A stretch of DNA of 64,000 nt from Pygmaiobacter sp. GTDB taxonomy: Bacteria; Bacillota; Clostridia; Oscillospirales; Ruminococcaceae. The notes under the pieces are model-generated. The model worked only from the letters and a program-made list of their open reading frames with translations. It ran no database searches and was not told the origin of the DNA. The stretch is taken from the NCBI GenBank assembly GCA_028689835.1, contig JAQVCK010000001.1:3394-67393 (forward strand). The letters run 5' to 3'. Of this stretch, positions 19,530 to 33,950 are shown one piece after another (the first letter of the stretch is position 1; every line of letters begins with the position of its first letter). The translations under genes and the position numbers were made by a program.

Positions 19530-20825
19530 ATGGATTCGTTTGACGAGGTATTTGCCGCTGTAAAAAATTATTGTAAAGAGCGGCTGGTGGATGCCACATA
19601 CAACCTGTTTATCGACGGGCTGGAGCCGCTGTCGTTTGAAAACGGCGTCGTCTCTATTTCCGTGCGCAGCGACTTTATCAAGGGCATGGTGCAAGAGCGT
19701 TACGCCGATTTACTCCGCGAGGCGTTCAGCTCGATCCTTGGTTTTGAGGTCGGCATGGAATTCAAAGTACCCGAGCCCACAAAACCAGAGCCGCAAAATA
19801 CAGTGCCCACCGGCAGCTATGCGTTCACCTTTGAAAACTTTATCGTGGGCAGCACAAACAAATTTGCCCACGCGGCGGCGCAGGCCGTGGCGGCAAACCC
19901 GTCCGGCGCGTACAACCCGCTGTTCATTTATGGCGATTCCGGCCTTGGCAAAACACATCTGCTGAACGCCATCCGGTTGGAGATTGCAAAAAACCGCCCG
20001 GATTTCAACATTGTTTATGTGGATGGTGAAGCGTTTACCAACGAGATCATCAGCGCCATCCAAAACAACTCGACCGCCGAATTTCACCAAAAATACCGCG
20101 CGGCCGACGTGTTGCTGGTCGATGACATCCAATTTATCGGCGGCAAAGAGTCCACGCAGGAAGAGTTCTTCCACACCTTCAACACGCTGTACAACGCGGG
20201 CAAGCAGATTGTGCTGGCCAGTGACCGCCCGCCGAAAGAGATTAAAAGCCTGCAAGACCGGTTGCGCACCCGGATGGAATGGGGCCTGACCGCCGACATT
20301 CAACCGCCGGATTTTGAGACCCGTGTCGCCATCATCCGCCGCAAGGCCGACCTTTTGGGGCTCGACATCCCCAATGACGTAGCCGAGTTTATTGCAAACC
20401 ACTTAAAAAACAACATCCGCCAGTTAGAGGGTGCGGTGAAAAAGCTAAACGCCTACCGCCTGCTGGAGGGCATTCAGCCGGTGATTGGCGCGGCGCAAAA
20501 CGCCATCAAGGATATTTTAAACGAAAACCAGCCCGTGCCGGTCACGATTGAAAAAATCATCAGCGAGGTGGCGCGTACCTACAACATTACCCCGGCGGAT
20601 ATTCGCAGCCGCAAACGCAGCAGCAATATCTCGTCGGCCCGCAAGACCGCCATGTATGTGGTACACGAGATTACCGGTATGACAATGCAGGACATCGGCA
20701 AAGAGTTTGGCGGGCGCGACCACTCGACCGTCGTCTACTCCATCTCCGAAGTAGAAAAGAAACTCACGACCGACCCCCGTTTTCACGAAATTGTCGAAGA
20801 TATTGTCAAAAATGCAAGGGTCTAG
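19530..20825 (+). CDS. dnaA: Chromosomal replication initiator DnaA
   Basis: FTFENFIVG, YNPLFIYGDSGLGKTHLL, LLVDDIQF, QEEFFHTFN, FGGRDHSTV. Confidence 0.98.
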   Translation: MDSFDEVFAAVKNYCKERLVDATYNLFIDGLEPLSFENGVVSISVRSDFIKGMVQERYADLLREAFSSILGFEVGMEFKVPEPTKPEPQNTVPTGSYAFTFENFIVGSTNKFAHAAAQAVAANPSGAYNPLFIYGDSGLGKTHLLNAIRLEIAKNRPDFNIVYVDGEAFTNEIISAIQNNSTAEFHQKYRAADVLLVDDIQFIGGKESTQEEFFHTFNTLYNAGKQIVLASDRPPKEIKSLQDRLRTRMEWGLTADIQPPDFETRVAIIRRKADLLGLDIPNDVAEFIANHLKNNIRQLEGAVKKLNAYRLLEGIQPVIGAAQNAIKDILNENQPVPVTIEKIISEVARTYNITPADIRSRKRSSNISSARKTAMYVVHEITGMTMQDIGKEFGGRDHSTVVYSISEVEKKLTTDPRFHEIVEDIVKNARV

Positions 20826-21115
20826 GCAGCGTTTAAAAAAGCCTCCCTTTTTCCACAACGCTTTTAACATTCAACAGAAAGTTTTCCACAGGGGTTGCTT
20901 GCAAAAGCATGGATTGTTGAAACTCACAAGTTATCCACAGAACCTTGCACGGCAAAAAAACAACTGTTTGGTGTTGTGTCGTGCGGGCTGCGGGCATTTT
21001 TTCAACAAATTCACAGCCCCTATGACTACTTCTATTTCAAACTTCTCAATTACAGCGGTTTTTCCGTTTTTTTTGAAAACCCGGTACGGCCGGGCATCTC
21101 GAATTTGATGGGGGA
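20826..21115. other. oriC (dnaA-dnaN intergenic part) with DnaA boxes and a basal unwinding system
   Basis: TTTTCCACA at 20849 and 20882, TGTTGAAAC at 20915, TTATCCACA at 20931; tandem boxes TTTTCAACA-AATTCACA, GCCC spacer and DnaA-trio-like CTATGACTACTTCTA at 20999-21034. Gene orientation switches across this region. Confidence 0.9.
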
Positions 21116-21121
21116 ATGATC

Positions 21122-22252
21122 ATGAAATTAGAATGCGACAGAACAAGCCTTGCCGAGGCAATCCTCGGCGTTTCTCGCGCAGTCACCATGCGCAGCAGTG
21201 TGCCGGCGCTCGAAGGGATCCTGTTTAAGGCGGAGGGCGGTAAACTCACCCTCATTGGTTACGACCTTGAAATGGGCATCACGACCGGGATTGACGCGCG
21301 CATCCGTGACGAAGGGTCGGTGGTCTTAAGCGCCAAGCTCGTCGGCGACATGATCCGCCGGCTGCCGGCGGACATTGTAGAAATCGAATGCAATGAATCC
21401 CTCGTCACCACCATCAAGGGCGGGATTACCGAGTATAATATTACCGGTATTTCCGCGGCCGATTATCCCGAATTACCGGCGGCCGCCTTCTCTCAACCAG
21501 AAGTTGAGGGCCGTGGCGCACTGCCTACGACGATGATGGATGCCGTAACCCTGAAGGAAATGATTGAAACCACAATTTATGCAGTTTCGCAGGATGATAA
21601 AAAGCCGGCCAATAACGGGGAAAAGTTTGTTCTCGGTAACAATAAGCTCACTTTAGTCGCATTGGACGGGTTTCGGCTTGCCATCTGTGAGCGCCCGGTA
21701 AAGACCGACCATGAGGTTGAAATTGTCATCCCTGCAAAGACACTAAATGAAGTGGCACGGTTGATTGGCGATTCCGAAGAAGAAATTGCCATCAGCGCGA
21801 ACAAGCGTTATGTTGTCTTTTCCATCGGCGGGTACACCATTGTCAGCCGCCTTTTGGATGATGCGTTTTTGGATTACCGCAAAACCATCAACCCCGGCTA
21901 CCTCACCCGCATCGTTGTGGAGGTGCGCGATTTTTCGGCTGCGATTGAGCGCGCAAGCCTGATTATCACCGAGCGGCTGAAAAACCCGCTGCGGGTCACC
22001 TTTGACGAGACGCTGACCGTGCGCTGCCAGACCGAGCTTGGCAAGGTGATGGACAGTATCCCCTGCGAATTTGAGGGTGAGCACATGGAGGTTGGCTTTA
22101 ATAACCGTTACCTGCTGGATGCGCTGCGCAATTCCGGGTGTGACAAGGTGGCGTTTGAGTTAAATGGCCCGCTGTCCCCTGTGAAGGTTTTGCCGGTAGA
22201 AGGCGATGAATTTATCTTCCTTGTGATGCCGGTACGGTTTAAAAACGACTAG
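21122..22252 (+). CDS. dnaN: DNA polymerase III beta sliding clamp (alternative start 21116)
   Basis: YDLEMGI, VALDGFRLA, SRLLDDAFLDYRK, GFNNRYLLDAL, FLVMPVR. Confidence 0.96.
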   Translation: MKLECDRTSLAEAILGVSRAVTMRSSVPALEGILFKAEGGKLTLIGYDLEMGITTGIDARIRDEGSVVLSAKLVGDMIRRLPADIVEIECNESLVTTIKGGITEYNITGISAADYPELPAAAFSQPEVEGRGALPTTMMDAVTLKEMIETTIYAVSQDDKKPANNGEKFVLGNNKLTLVALDGFRLAICERPVKTDHEVEIVIPAKTLNEVARLIGDSEEEIAISANKRYVVFSIGGYTIVSRLLDDAFLDYRKTINPGYLTRIVVEVRDFSAAIERASLIITERLKNPLRVTFDETLTVRCQTELGKVMDSIPCEFEGEHMEVGFNNRYLLDALRNSGCDKVAFELNGPLSPVKVLPVEGDEFIFLVMPVRFKND

Positions 22253-22262
22253 GAGGCAGCCT

Positions 22263-22481
22263 ATGGCGCTGGAAACTATTTCAATCAAGACCGAGTTTAT
22301 TAAATTAGACTCTCTGCTAAAATATGCGAATATCCTGCCCACCGGGGGCGAGGCCAAAATGGCTATTCAAAACGGCGCTGTTACCGTGAACGGCGAAGTT
22401 TGCACCCAGCGTGGCAAAAAAATACGCCCCGGTGACCACGTAAAAATAGAGGATTTTGAGTTGGAGGTCACCCCCGCGTGA
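22263..22481 (+). CDS. yaaA: S4-domain RNA-binding protein YaaA
   Basis: FIKLDSLLK...TGGEAK...VNGEVCTQRGKKIRPGD. Confidence 0.92.
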   Translation: MALETISIKTEFIKLDSLLKYANILPTGGEAKMAIQNGAVTVNGEVCTQRGKKIRPGDHVKIEDFELEVTPA

Positions 22482-23593
22482 TTTTACAGGAACACACCGT
22501 GCAACATTACCGCAATATCGAGCAGGCGTCGTTTCGCCCCGGCCCACACCTCACGGTGATTTGCGGTAAAAACGGGCAGGGCAAAACCAACCTGCTGGAG
22601 AGTGTGTGGCTGCTGTGCGGGGCCAAAAGCTTTCGCGGTGGCAAAGATGTGCACCTGGTGCAGCGTGGGCAACCCTATGCGGTGGTACAGGCCGCGGCAA
22701 AGCAGGATAACGGCGAAGAAGACCAGTTTCGGCTTGTCATCGGCGGCGAAGGCTGCGAGCAAGCCGGGGTAAAACCCGGGCGCACTGCAAAGCTGAACGG
22801 CGCCGATTTTGGCAGGGCCACCAACCTTGCCGGGCATTTTTACGCCGTGGTGTTCTCCCCCGCGCATCTAGACTTAGTTAAGGGCAGCCCGGAGGGGCGC
22901 CGGCGGTTTGTCGATGCCGCGCTGTGCCAGCTGTACCCCGGGTACCTTGCGGTGTTGCGCCGGTATCTGCGAGCAGTGACCCAAAAAAATGTGTTATTGC
23001 GCGATGCGCGCCGGTTTGCCGGAGTGGATGAGCTGATTGCCCCGTTTGACGAGGAGATGGCCCGCACGGGTGGTGAGATCATCGCCCGGCGCACGGCGTA
23101 TCTTGCGCAGTTATTTGCCGAGGCCAGTGCGGTGTACGACAGCATTTCGGCCGGCAGCGAGCAGTGTGGCTTTGCTTACCTGCCTGCTGCGGCGGGCGAA
23201 GAAGAACTGCGGGGCCTTTTGCACACCGCCCGCGCGGCGGATTTGCACGCGGGTTGCTGCACCGTGGGCCCACACCGCGAAGATATTGCCATTACGGTGG
23301 CTGGGCAGGATGCCCGTGCCTTTGCCAGCCAAGGCCAGCAACGCAGTGCAGCCCTGGCGTTGAAACTCGCCGAAGCGGCGCTGATCCGTCAGGTGACCGG
23401 CACCGAGCCGGTGATGTTGCTGGACGACGTGCTCAGCGAGCTGGACGGGGTGCGCCGTGATTTTTTACTGCGCAAAATAGAGGGCCGGCAGGTACTGCTG
23501 ACCAGTTGCGACGCGGCGACATTTCACGACACGCCCGGCGCGATTTACGAAATGGAGGCCGGGCGGCTGCGCGCGGTCAAGCACGAGGACTAG
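22478..23593 (+). CDS. recF: DNA replication/repair protein RecF
   Basis: YRNI, GKNGQGKTNLLES, GSPEGRRRFVD, GPHRED, ASQGQQRS, LLDDVLSELD. Confidence 0.96.
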   Translation: MILQEHTVQHYRNIEQASFRPGPHLTVICGKNGQGKTNLLESVWLLCGAKSFRGGKDVHLVQRGQPYAVVQAAAKQDNGEEDQFRLVIGGEGCEQAGVKPGRTAKLNGADFGRATNLAGHFYAVVFSPAHLDLVKGSPEGRRRFVDAALCQLYPGYLAVLRRYLRAVTQKNVLLRDARRFAGVDELIAPFDEEMARTGGEIIARRTAYLAQLFAEASAVYDSISAGSEQCGFAYLPAAAGEEELRGLLHTARAADLHAGCCTVGPHREDIAITVAGQDARAFASQGQQRSAALALKLAEAALIRQVTGTEPVMLLDDVLSELDGVRRDFLLRKIEGRQVLLTSCDAATFHDTPGAIYEMEAGRLRAVKHED

Positions 23594-23602
23594 GGGGACG
23601 CT

Positions 23603-23869
23603 ATGTATCTGCATCTCGGCACCGACACCATTATTCGCACCAAAGACATTTTAGGCATTTTTGATTTGGACAGCTCTACCATTTCAAAGCGCACCCGCGA
23701 TTTATTGCGCCGCGCCGAGGTAGAGGGCCGTGTGGTCAATGTCTCGGGCGAGCTGCCCAAAAGCTTTATTGTGATGGCAGGCCACAGGCCGACCATTTAT
23801 ATTTCGCAGATTTCAGCCGGTACGCTAAAAAAACGCTCTGGCTATATCGACGATATTAAAAATATCTGA
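23603..23869 (+). CDS. remB: DUF370 / RemB-family protein
   Basis: MYLHLG...ILGIFDLD...PKSFIV...YISQISAGTLKKR; conserved position between recF and gyrB. Confidence 0.85.
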   Translation: MYLHLGTDTIIRTKDILGIFDLDSSTISKRTRDLLRRAEVEGRVVNVSGELPKSFIVMAGHRPTIYISQISAGTLKKRSGYIDDIKNI

Positions 23870-25861
<1,992 letters not shown>

Positions 25862-25910
25862 TGGTGGCCGACCGGTGTGGACGGCATGATTTTTCAAACG
25901 GAACAGAAGG

Positions 25911-28442
<2,532 letters not shown>

Positions 28443-28587
28443 GTGATTTTCACACAATATTAACAGAAAATCCCTATACTGTAGCATATTGGGCTGTTGC
28501 TGTTTGGCAGCTTTTTGGGCATAAAAAGGCATGTAAAAAAACCTTGCCGGGGCGCCCGGACAAAAATAAAGGGAGTAATGAATTTTT

Positions 28588-29091
28588 ATGAAAATCAAAA
28601 CGAATCGCCTGATCGCATCCGGGCTGCTGAGCCTTGTCTTTATCTTGGAAATGTTTGTAATGCACGGCCTGTTTGATCAGATCGGCCCCGCAAACCTTGC
28701 GGTAAGCTACCTTTTTGTGGTGTATGGCACCTTTTTAGTGCCCGTTTTTGCCGTATTGATTGGCAACCCGGTGTTTGAAAAGACCGGGGTAAAGTATGCG
28801 GTTGTGTACAGTGCAGTGCTGTATGTCTGTAGCAGTATTTTGCTGTACAGCCCGGCCAACACCCTTTATGGTGCGGGGTTAAGCTCTGTGCTGGGTTTAG
28901 CTTCTCCCAGCACCACAGCCGGGTATTATGTGCTTGCTGCAAAGGCTGTGCTCATCCTTGCCGCATTGGTGATTGCGGTGGCAGAGCCGAAAGAAAAGGT
29001 TCTTGAAGAAGCGACCATCCTCTCCGGGGTCGAAGCACCGAAACCCGAAGACGTTGAGCTGCCAGGCAGCAAACAAGACGGGGACTTGTAA
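28588..29091 (+). CDS. Hypothetical membrane protein (about 4 TM, acidic C-tail)
   Basis: AAGGGAG RBS, hydrophobic segments, followed by a terminator. Confidence 0.7.
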   Translation: MKIKTNRLIASGLLSLVFILEMFVMHGLFDQIGPANLAVSYLFVVYGTFLVPVFAVLIGNPVFEKTGVKYAVVYSAVLYVCSSILLYSPANTLYGAGLSSVLGLASPSTTAGYYVLAAKAVLILAALVIAVAEPKEKVLEEATILSGVEAPKPEDVELPGSKQDGDL

Positions 29092-29120
29092 TTGTTATAA
29101 AAAACCCTAAGAGGGTAGTA

Positions 29121-29153
29121 AAAACAGGGCGGCCTACAGCCGCCCTGTTTTTT
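29121..29153 (+). terminator. Intrinsic terminator
   Basis: AAAACAGGGCGGC-CTACA-GCCGCCCTGTTTTTT. Confidence 0.8.
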
Positions 29154-29680
29154 GTTTTGTCTGTGGGCTGTTTTTTAAAAAAGAAAAACAGCCCCCGCTA
29201 AACGGGCACGCGGCCAAGGCGCTGGCAAAAGTGCGGCATTTTTAAATGGAGGATACCCGTGTTGCCCTTTTTTAGCAGAGCAAAAAACAGCCGCCCACAC
29301 GCAAGGCCGGCAGTGGCGTTGGTACAAAAGGCGTACAACTGGTAAAAAGGTCACCGTGTTGCTTCTCACGCACACTTTACATCCGGTGCGGCCCACGTTT
29401 TTCCGCGCCAGCAAGCCAAAACAGCGGCCTTTGCCCTCCACCGCAAAACCAAGGCTGTTTTTGTTGATGCCCGGCGGCCATGCCTAAATACCAAGGTATT
29501 TACACCCGCCCCCGAAAAACGAAACAGGGGTTCTGGGTTTTACAAAACAACGCAGGGGGCCGCAAGCCCCCAAAAGCCGTAAAAAAGGCTGGTTGCAAAA
29601 AATTAAGGTCCCTTGCAAAAAGGGGGTGCCCCCCACCCTGTTGCCACGGCCCTTTTTTTGCACTGCACCCCAATGGTATA

Positions 29681-29728
29681 AAAAGACCTGCCACAGGGGC
29701 CATAATTCCCCCCGTGGCAGGCAAAAAA
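29681..29728 (-). terminator. Terminator after the aldose epimerase gene
   Basis: CCTGCCAC(A/G)GGGG hairpin flanked by A/T tracts. Confidence 0.6.
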
Positions 29729-29739
29729 GGCGGTGCAGT

Positions 29740-30594
29740 TCAGCACCAGTATTCTGTTGTTAAAGTGGTGGCCCATGTTTCACCCGGTGCAAGCTGCGCT
29801 GCCGGTGCAAAGGTTTCCCACGCGGTGCCGTTGGCATCAAAATCGGGCAGGCTGTGCCACGGCTCGATGCACACAAGGTGGCCCGGTGCGGTGGGCGGGC
29901 TCCACAGCAGGCAATAGGGGTATCCGCCAATGTGGCATACCACGCGGCGGGCGCTGCCCCGCTCTGCCAGCGTAATGGTAGAAGCCTTGGGGTGTCGCAG
30001 TAAAAGGGGCCCGTCAGCAAAGGTGTGCAGGGTCAAAGGGATGCAATTTACCGGCGTTTCGGTTGTGGGGTAATTGTGCAGGGCTGCCCCCGGCTGGGGC
30101 GGGTCAAAGCGCAGTTCATACTCTGCCAACGTTTTTTTGCTGTCAAACGGGCAGCGAAAACCGGGGTGAAAACCAAGGCCAAAGCGCAGTTGTGCGTTGC
30201 CGGGGTTTTGCACCTGTACCGTGTGGTGCACGGTGTTCTTTACTAACACAAAAGTGCTTTGCAGCACAAAGTCAAACGGGTAAACGGCGCGGGTTTCTTC
30301 GTCGGGGCAAAGCTGAAACGCCAAGGTGTCGGCAGTTTGCGACACGAGTTTGTGCTGTTTATCCCGTGCAAACCCATGTTGCAAAGTGCAGGGGTATTCT
30401 TTGCCCTGCCAGCTGCGGGTACCTTGCGGCAACAGTCCGGTATACGGAAACAAAATGGGCGCATGGCGGGGCCAAACATCTGGCTGCGCCTTCCACAAAA
30501 ACTCGTGCCCGTTTGGTGCCTTAACACTCACCGCCTCCGCCCCAGTGGTACTTACCGTCAGCGAAAGCCATTCATTTTGTAAGCTATAATTCAT
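29740..30594 (-). CDS. Aldose 1-epimerase family protein (LacX-like)
   Basis: GAEAVSV, EFLW...WPRHAPILFP, QHGFARD, FGLGFHPGF, VCIEPW. Confidence 0.9.
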   Translation of the reverse strand: MNYSLQNEWLSLTVSTTGAEAVSVKAPNGHEFLWKAQPDVWPRHAPILFPYTGLLPQGTRSWQGKEYPCTLQHGFARDKQHKLVSQTADTLAFQLCPDEETRAVYPFDFVLQSTFVLVKNTVHHTVQVQNPGNAQLRFGLGFHPGFRCPFDSKKTLAEYELRFDPPQPGAALHNYPTTETPVNCIPLTLHTFADGPLLLRHPKASTITLAERGSARRVVCHIGGYPYCLLWSPPTAPGHLVCIEPWHSLPDFDANGTAWETFAPAAQLAPGETWATTLTTEYWC

Positions 30595-30801
30595 AGGTGC
30601 TCCTTGTTGCCGCCGGGGAATCAAAGAACATCAAAAACGGCATAATACCCATTATAAAACGGCGCCCCTGTTTTTCCAGTCAGAATATTGCACACAAAAC
30701 GGGCAAAAGATTGCAGGGCGCATTGTACAAATGCCACCCCATATGCTAACATGAAGAAAAAAGCGGCAGGGCAACCCCCCCGCAAACAGGGAGGAATACA
30801 G

Positions 30802-32787
30802 ATGGTCAACCGCCAGCAGATGATTCTGTTGCAGCTTTCTACCGCAAAGGGGCCGGTGACGTCCGACCAGCTGGCACAGGTGTTGGAATGCAGCAGCCGC
30901 ACCATCAAAACCGAAATGCCGGCAGTGGCAAAAATATTAGAAAAAAACGGTGCAAGGCTGATTTCTAAGCGAAACCAAGGCTATTCGGTCGAGGTGCAAG
31001 ACGAGGAGGCTTACCGTTCGCTGTACGAACTGCTCAGTTTAAAGGCGGTCAACCTGACGCTTGCAAACTCCAATGACGATTCCCGCCTGCTCTACCTTGC
31101 GCGCAAGCTGGTGGCCTCCGCCCGCGGGGTAAAAGCCGAAGAACTGGCGGAAGAGCTGTATTTATCCCGCTCGGCCCTGCGCGAGCCGCTGCGCCGTGCC
31201 TGCACCTTTTGTGAGAGCTTTCATTTAAAGACCCGGTACGCCGCCGGGCAGGGCATCCGGGTCACCGGGCAAGAGCATTTGATCCGCATTGCCATGACCG
31301 AGCTGTTTGAATTGCATTTTCACAAGGTGCGGTTGGACGCGACCGATGAGGAGTACGCGCAGTGGATTGGCTGCGAATACGAGGAGCGGCAGAACATCCG
31401 CCATACCTTTTTAAAGGTGTTGCGTGAAAGCGGGTATTCGCTGCGCGACAGTGTGACCCAGCGCATTGCCATGTACCTTGTGATTGCCCGCAACCGCACC
31501 CGTGCCGGGCTGTTTGTCGATTTGCCCCCCAGTTGGATGCAAGAACTGCACCCCACCCCGGTATATGCGGTGGCCCGCACCATTTACACCACCCTTGCCG
31601 CGCAGTTTGACGGGTACCGCATGAACACGGCCGAGACGGCATTTTTGGCCATTTATATTTTGTCAAATATGGATGTGGACCTGACAAGGGACCTGCGTGC
31701 CACCGCCCCGTTTTTGTACGAGGACTGCTGTGCCGCTGCGGGGCAAATGTTACAGCAGGTGTACCATGAGACGGGGATTGATTTTGCCGCGCAACCCGAT
31801 GCCGTGCCCATATTGCGGCAACTTGCCCTGCCACTGCTGGCGGGTGCCCGGTATGGCATGGATGGGTACCAGCACTTTGACTACAGCTATGAAAAAGAAT
31901 TTTTAAAAAGCCCGTTGTGTGTGCAGTGTGCCCGCATGATGGCGGCCGCCCTCACCGAGACCACCGGTTGCCGCGTGTCACAAACCGACATTTCCATTTT
32001 GTCCTGCTATGTCTGTGCGTTGCTGAACCAGGTAAAATACGACATCAAGCCGCTGCGCATTTTAACCACCCATTTTATTGGTACCCAGTTTGCCCGCATG
32101 CAGGCGAAAGACCTGCAAAAACGCTACCCGGATTTGATTGAGTCGGTTACCGGTATGGAATTGTACGAGATCCGCGGCACCGACCCCCAAGACTACGATG
32201 TGGTATTGGTGGGCAACGGCTCGGCCGGGCAGGGGTTGTTTGGTTACAATTACAGCTACCCCGCTTCGATGTTGTTGATGACCCAGCAGGGGCGCGACTA
32301 TAACCGTATTTATAACGACGTGCTCATCAATGCCTACCAGTTGCCGCAATTGATGCAACAGCCGGGCCAACTGCGCGTGATACAGGATTTTCATTTTTTG
32401 TCGCCCGAGCAGTTTTTTCAGTTTATTTGCCTGCGCCACGCAAAGGATGAAACAGCCCGCAACCTGATGGAAACAAACCTTGTGCAGCAGGAGGCCCAAT
32501 ATTCACTGGCAAAAAATGAATGTGTTGTAGTGTTTGGCCCTGCCGGCACCTGCCGGCACGAGTGTATGGAACTGTATGTTTTACATAAAAAAAGCCAGTG
32601 GAATGCAGAAAAAGTGAAATATATTCTGTTTGTGTGCATGGAATGTGCTGATTCGTTGCAGAAAGTGAAAGCACTAGAGACCGTATTGAGTGAACTTACA
32701 AAAAACGAAGAAGAAATTGAACAGTTTGCACAAAACCCGGCCGAAACATTTCGCAGATTATTGCGACAATCCTTGCAGACTGCATAA
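30802..32787 (+). CDS. PRD-containing transcription regulator (LicR/MtlR/ManR architecture: HTH-Mga-PRD-PRD-EIIB-EIIA-like)
   Basis: VTSDQLAQVLECSSRTIK HTH, ELAEELYLSRS second HTH, GQEHLIR, PRD-like helices; GGAGG RBS; precedes PTS genes. Confidence 0.8.
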   Translation: MVNRQQMILLQLSTAKGPVTSDQLAQVLECSSRTIKTEMPAVAKILEKNGARLISKRNQGYSVEVQDEEAYRSLYELLSLKAVNLTLANSNDDSRLLYLARKLVASARGVKAEELAEELYLSRSALREPLRRACTFCESFHLKTRYAAGQGIRVTGQEHLIRIAMTELFELHFHKVRLDATDEEYAQWIGCEYEERQNIRHTFLKVLRESGYSLRDSVTQRIAMYLVIARNRTRAGLFVDLPPSWMQELHPTPVYAVARTIYTTLAAQFDGYRMNTAETAFLAIYILSNMDVDLTRDLRATAPFLYEDCCAAAGQMLQQVYHETGIDFAAQPDAVPILRQLALPLLAGARYGMDGYQHFDYSYEKEFLKSPLCVQCARMMAAALTETTGCRVSQTDISILSCYVCALLNQVKYDIKPLRILTTHFIGTQFARMQAKDLQKRYPDLIESVTGMELYEIRGTDPQDYDVVLVGNGSAGQGLFGYNYSYPASMLLMTQQGRDYNRIYNDVLINAYQLPQLMQQPGQLRVIQDFHFLSPEQFFQFICLRHAKDETARNLMETNLVQQEAQYSLAKNECVVVFGPAGTCRHECMELYVLHKKSQWNAEKVKYILFVCMECADSLQKVKALETVLSELTKNEEEIEQFAQNPAETFRRLLRQSLQTA

Positions 32788-32794
32788 AAACAGC

Positions 32795-32836
32795 AGCGCC
32801 TACTTGTGAAGTTGACGAGTAGACGCTTTATTTTTT
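32795..32836 (+). terminator. Terminator after the PRD regulator
   Basis: AGCGCCTACTTGT...ACGAGTAGACGCT followed by TTATTTTTT. Confidence 0.6.
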
Positions 32837-32964
32837 CACTTATTCATAAAGACAACAAATAATTTCACTTTTAATTAGAAAAAAGGAAAGTTGTTGTGTT
32901 TAAAAAATAGACATAAAATATGATTGACTTGAACGAGTAATCGTACAAACAAAAGGAGACCAAT

Positions 32965-33387
32965 ATGCTTAAAGTTTTTCTGTCCTCCCATGGCACTATG
33001 GCAAGCGGCATTCGCAAATCCCTAAGCATCCTGATGGGGGAATGTGAGAACCTGACGGTATTTGACGCGTATATCGACGAGACCAGCGTGCAGCAGCATC
33101 TGGATGAGTTTTACCAAACGGTGGAGCAGGGTGATGAAGTGCTGCTGTGCAGCGATTTGTACGGCGGCAGCGTCAACCAGGTAATGTGCACCTACCTTGA
33201 CCGGCCAAACACCCGTCTCGTTGCGGGGGTCAACCTGATCTTCATGATGGATGTGCTGGGTGAAACGAGCATCAGCGATGCAAGGCTGGATGAAATCATT
33301 GACGAGAGCCGAGAGTTTTTGCGCCGTGTTGAATTGGACAAGCTGGATACCCAGCCTGCCGCCGATGCAGAAAGCGACTTTTTTTAA
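32965..33387 (+). CDS. PTS mannose/fructose/sorbose family EIIA
   Basis: FLSSHG phospho-His, SDLYGGSV, AGVNL. Confidence 0.93.
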   Translation: MLKVFLSSHGTMASGIRKSLSILMGECENLTVFDAYIDETSVQQHLDEFYQTVEQGDEVLLCSDLYGGSVNQVMCTYLDRPNTRLVAGVNLIFMMDVLGETSISDARLDEIIDESREFLRRVELDKLDTQPAADAESDFF

Positions 33388-33412
33388 GCAAAAGAAAGGA
33401 CGGTAAAACGTT

Positions 33413-33904
33413 ATGATTAAATGGGTACGGTTGGACGAGCGTATGATCCACGGGCAGGTGGCCACAAAATGGAGCCGCACGCTGGGTGTGGACCGCATTG
33501 TTGTGGCGGACGATGTTGCCGCAGGCAATGAGATTATGCAAAAATCACTGATGATGGCGGCCCCCGCCACCTGCAAAACGGCAATCGTCTCGGTAGAAAA
33601 GGGCATTGCGCTGTGTAATGACCCGCGCGCTGCCGCACTAAAAATTCTGCTGATTGTCAGCACCCCGCAAAACCTGTTGCGGGTGGCAAAAGAGGTCAAA
33701 GACATCCCGCAAATCAACGTGGGCAATTATGGCCGCATCGCCCCCAAAAAGGGCACCGAGCAACGCCACACCTACACAAAAAACCTGTACGCCTATGACG
33801 ACGAAGTCGCCATTTTAAAAGAAATTTTGGCGACCGGTATCCCCTGCAATGTCCAGACTATCCCGGACGATGTGCCGCAGGAGCTTTCCAAGGTTCTCGG
33901 GTGA
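33413..33904 (+). CDS. PTS mannose/fructose/sorbose family EIIB
   Basis: RLDERMIHGQV phospho-His, INVGN, VQTIPDD. Confidence 0.94.
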   Translation: MIKWVRLDERMIHGQVATKWSRTLGVDRIVVADDVAAGNEIMQKSLMMAAPATCKTAIVSVEKGIALCNDPRAAALKILLIVSTPQNLLRVAKEVKDIPQINVGNYGRIAPKKGTEQRHTYTKNLYAYDDEVAILKEILATGIPCNVQTIPDDVPQELSKVLG

Positions 33905-33950
33905 ATGGGAGCTTCCATTCATTAGAACATAAATAAGGAGGAGTTTGTCA

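Noticed and set aside
21470-21545. Slightly longer inter-domain linker in DnaN
   Set aside because: It lies in a variable loop and no functional consequence can be argued from sequence.
29154-29680. Intergenic stretch after the gyrA-downstream gene: possible ncRNA or small ORF (29175-29441)
   Set aside because: No recognisable RNA family features and no convincing RBS or protein motifs.
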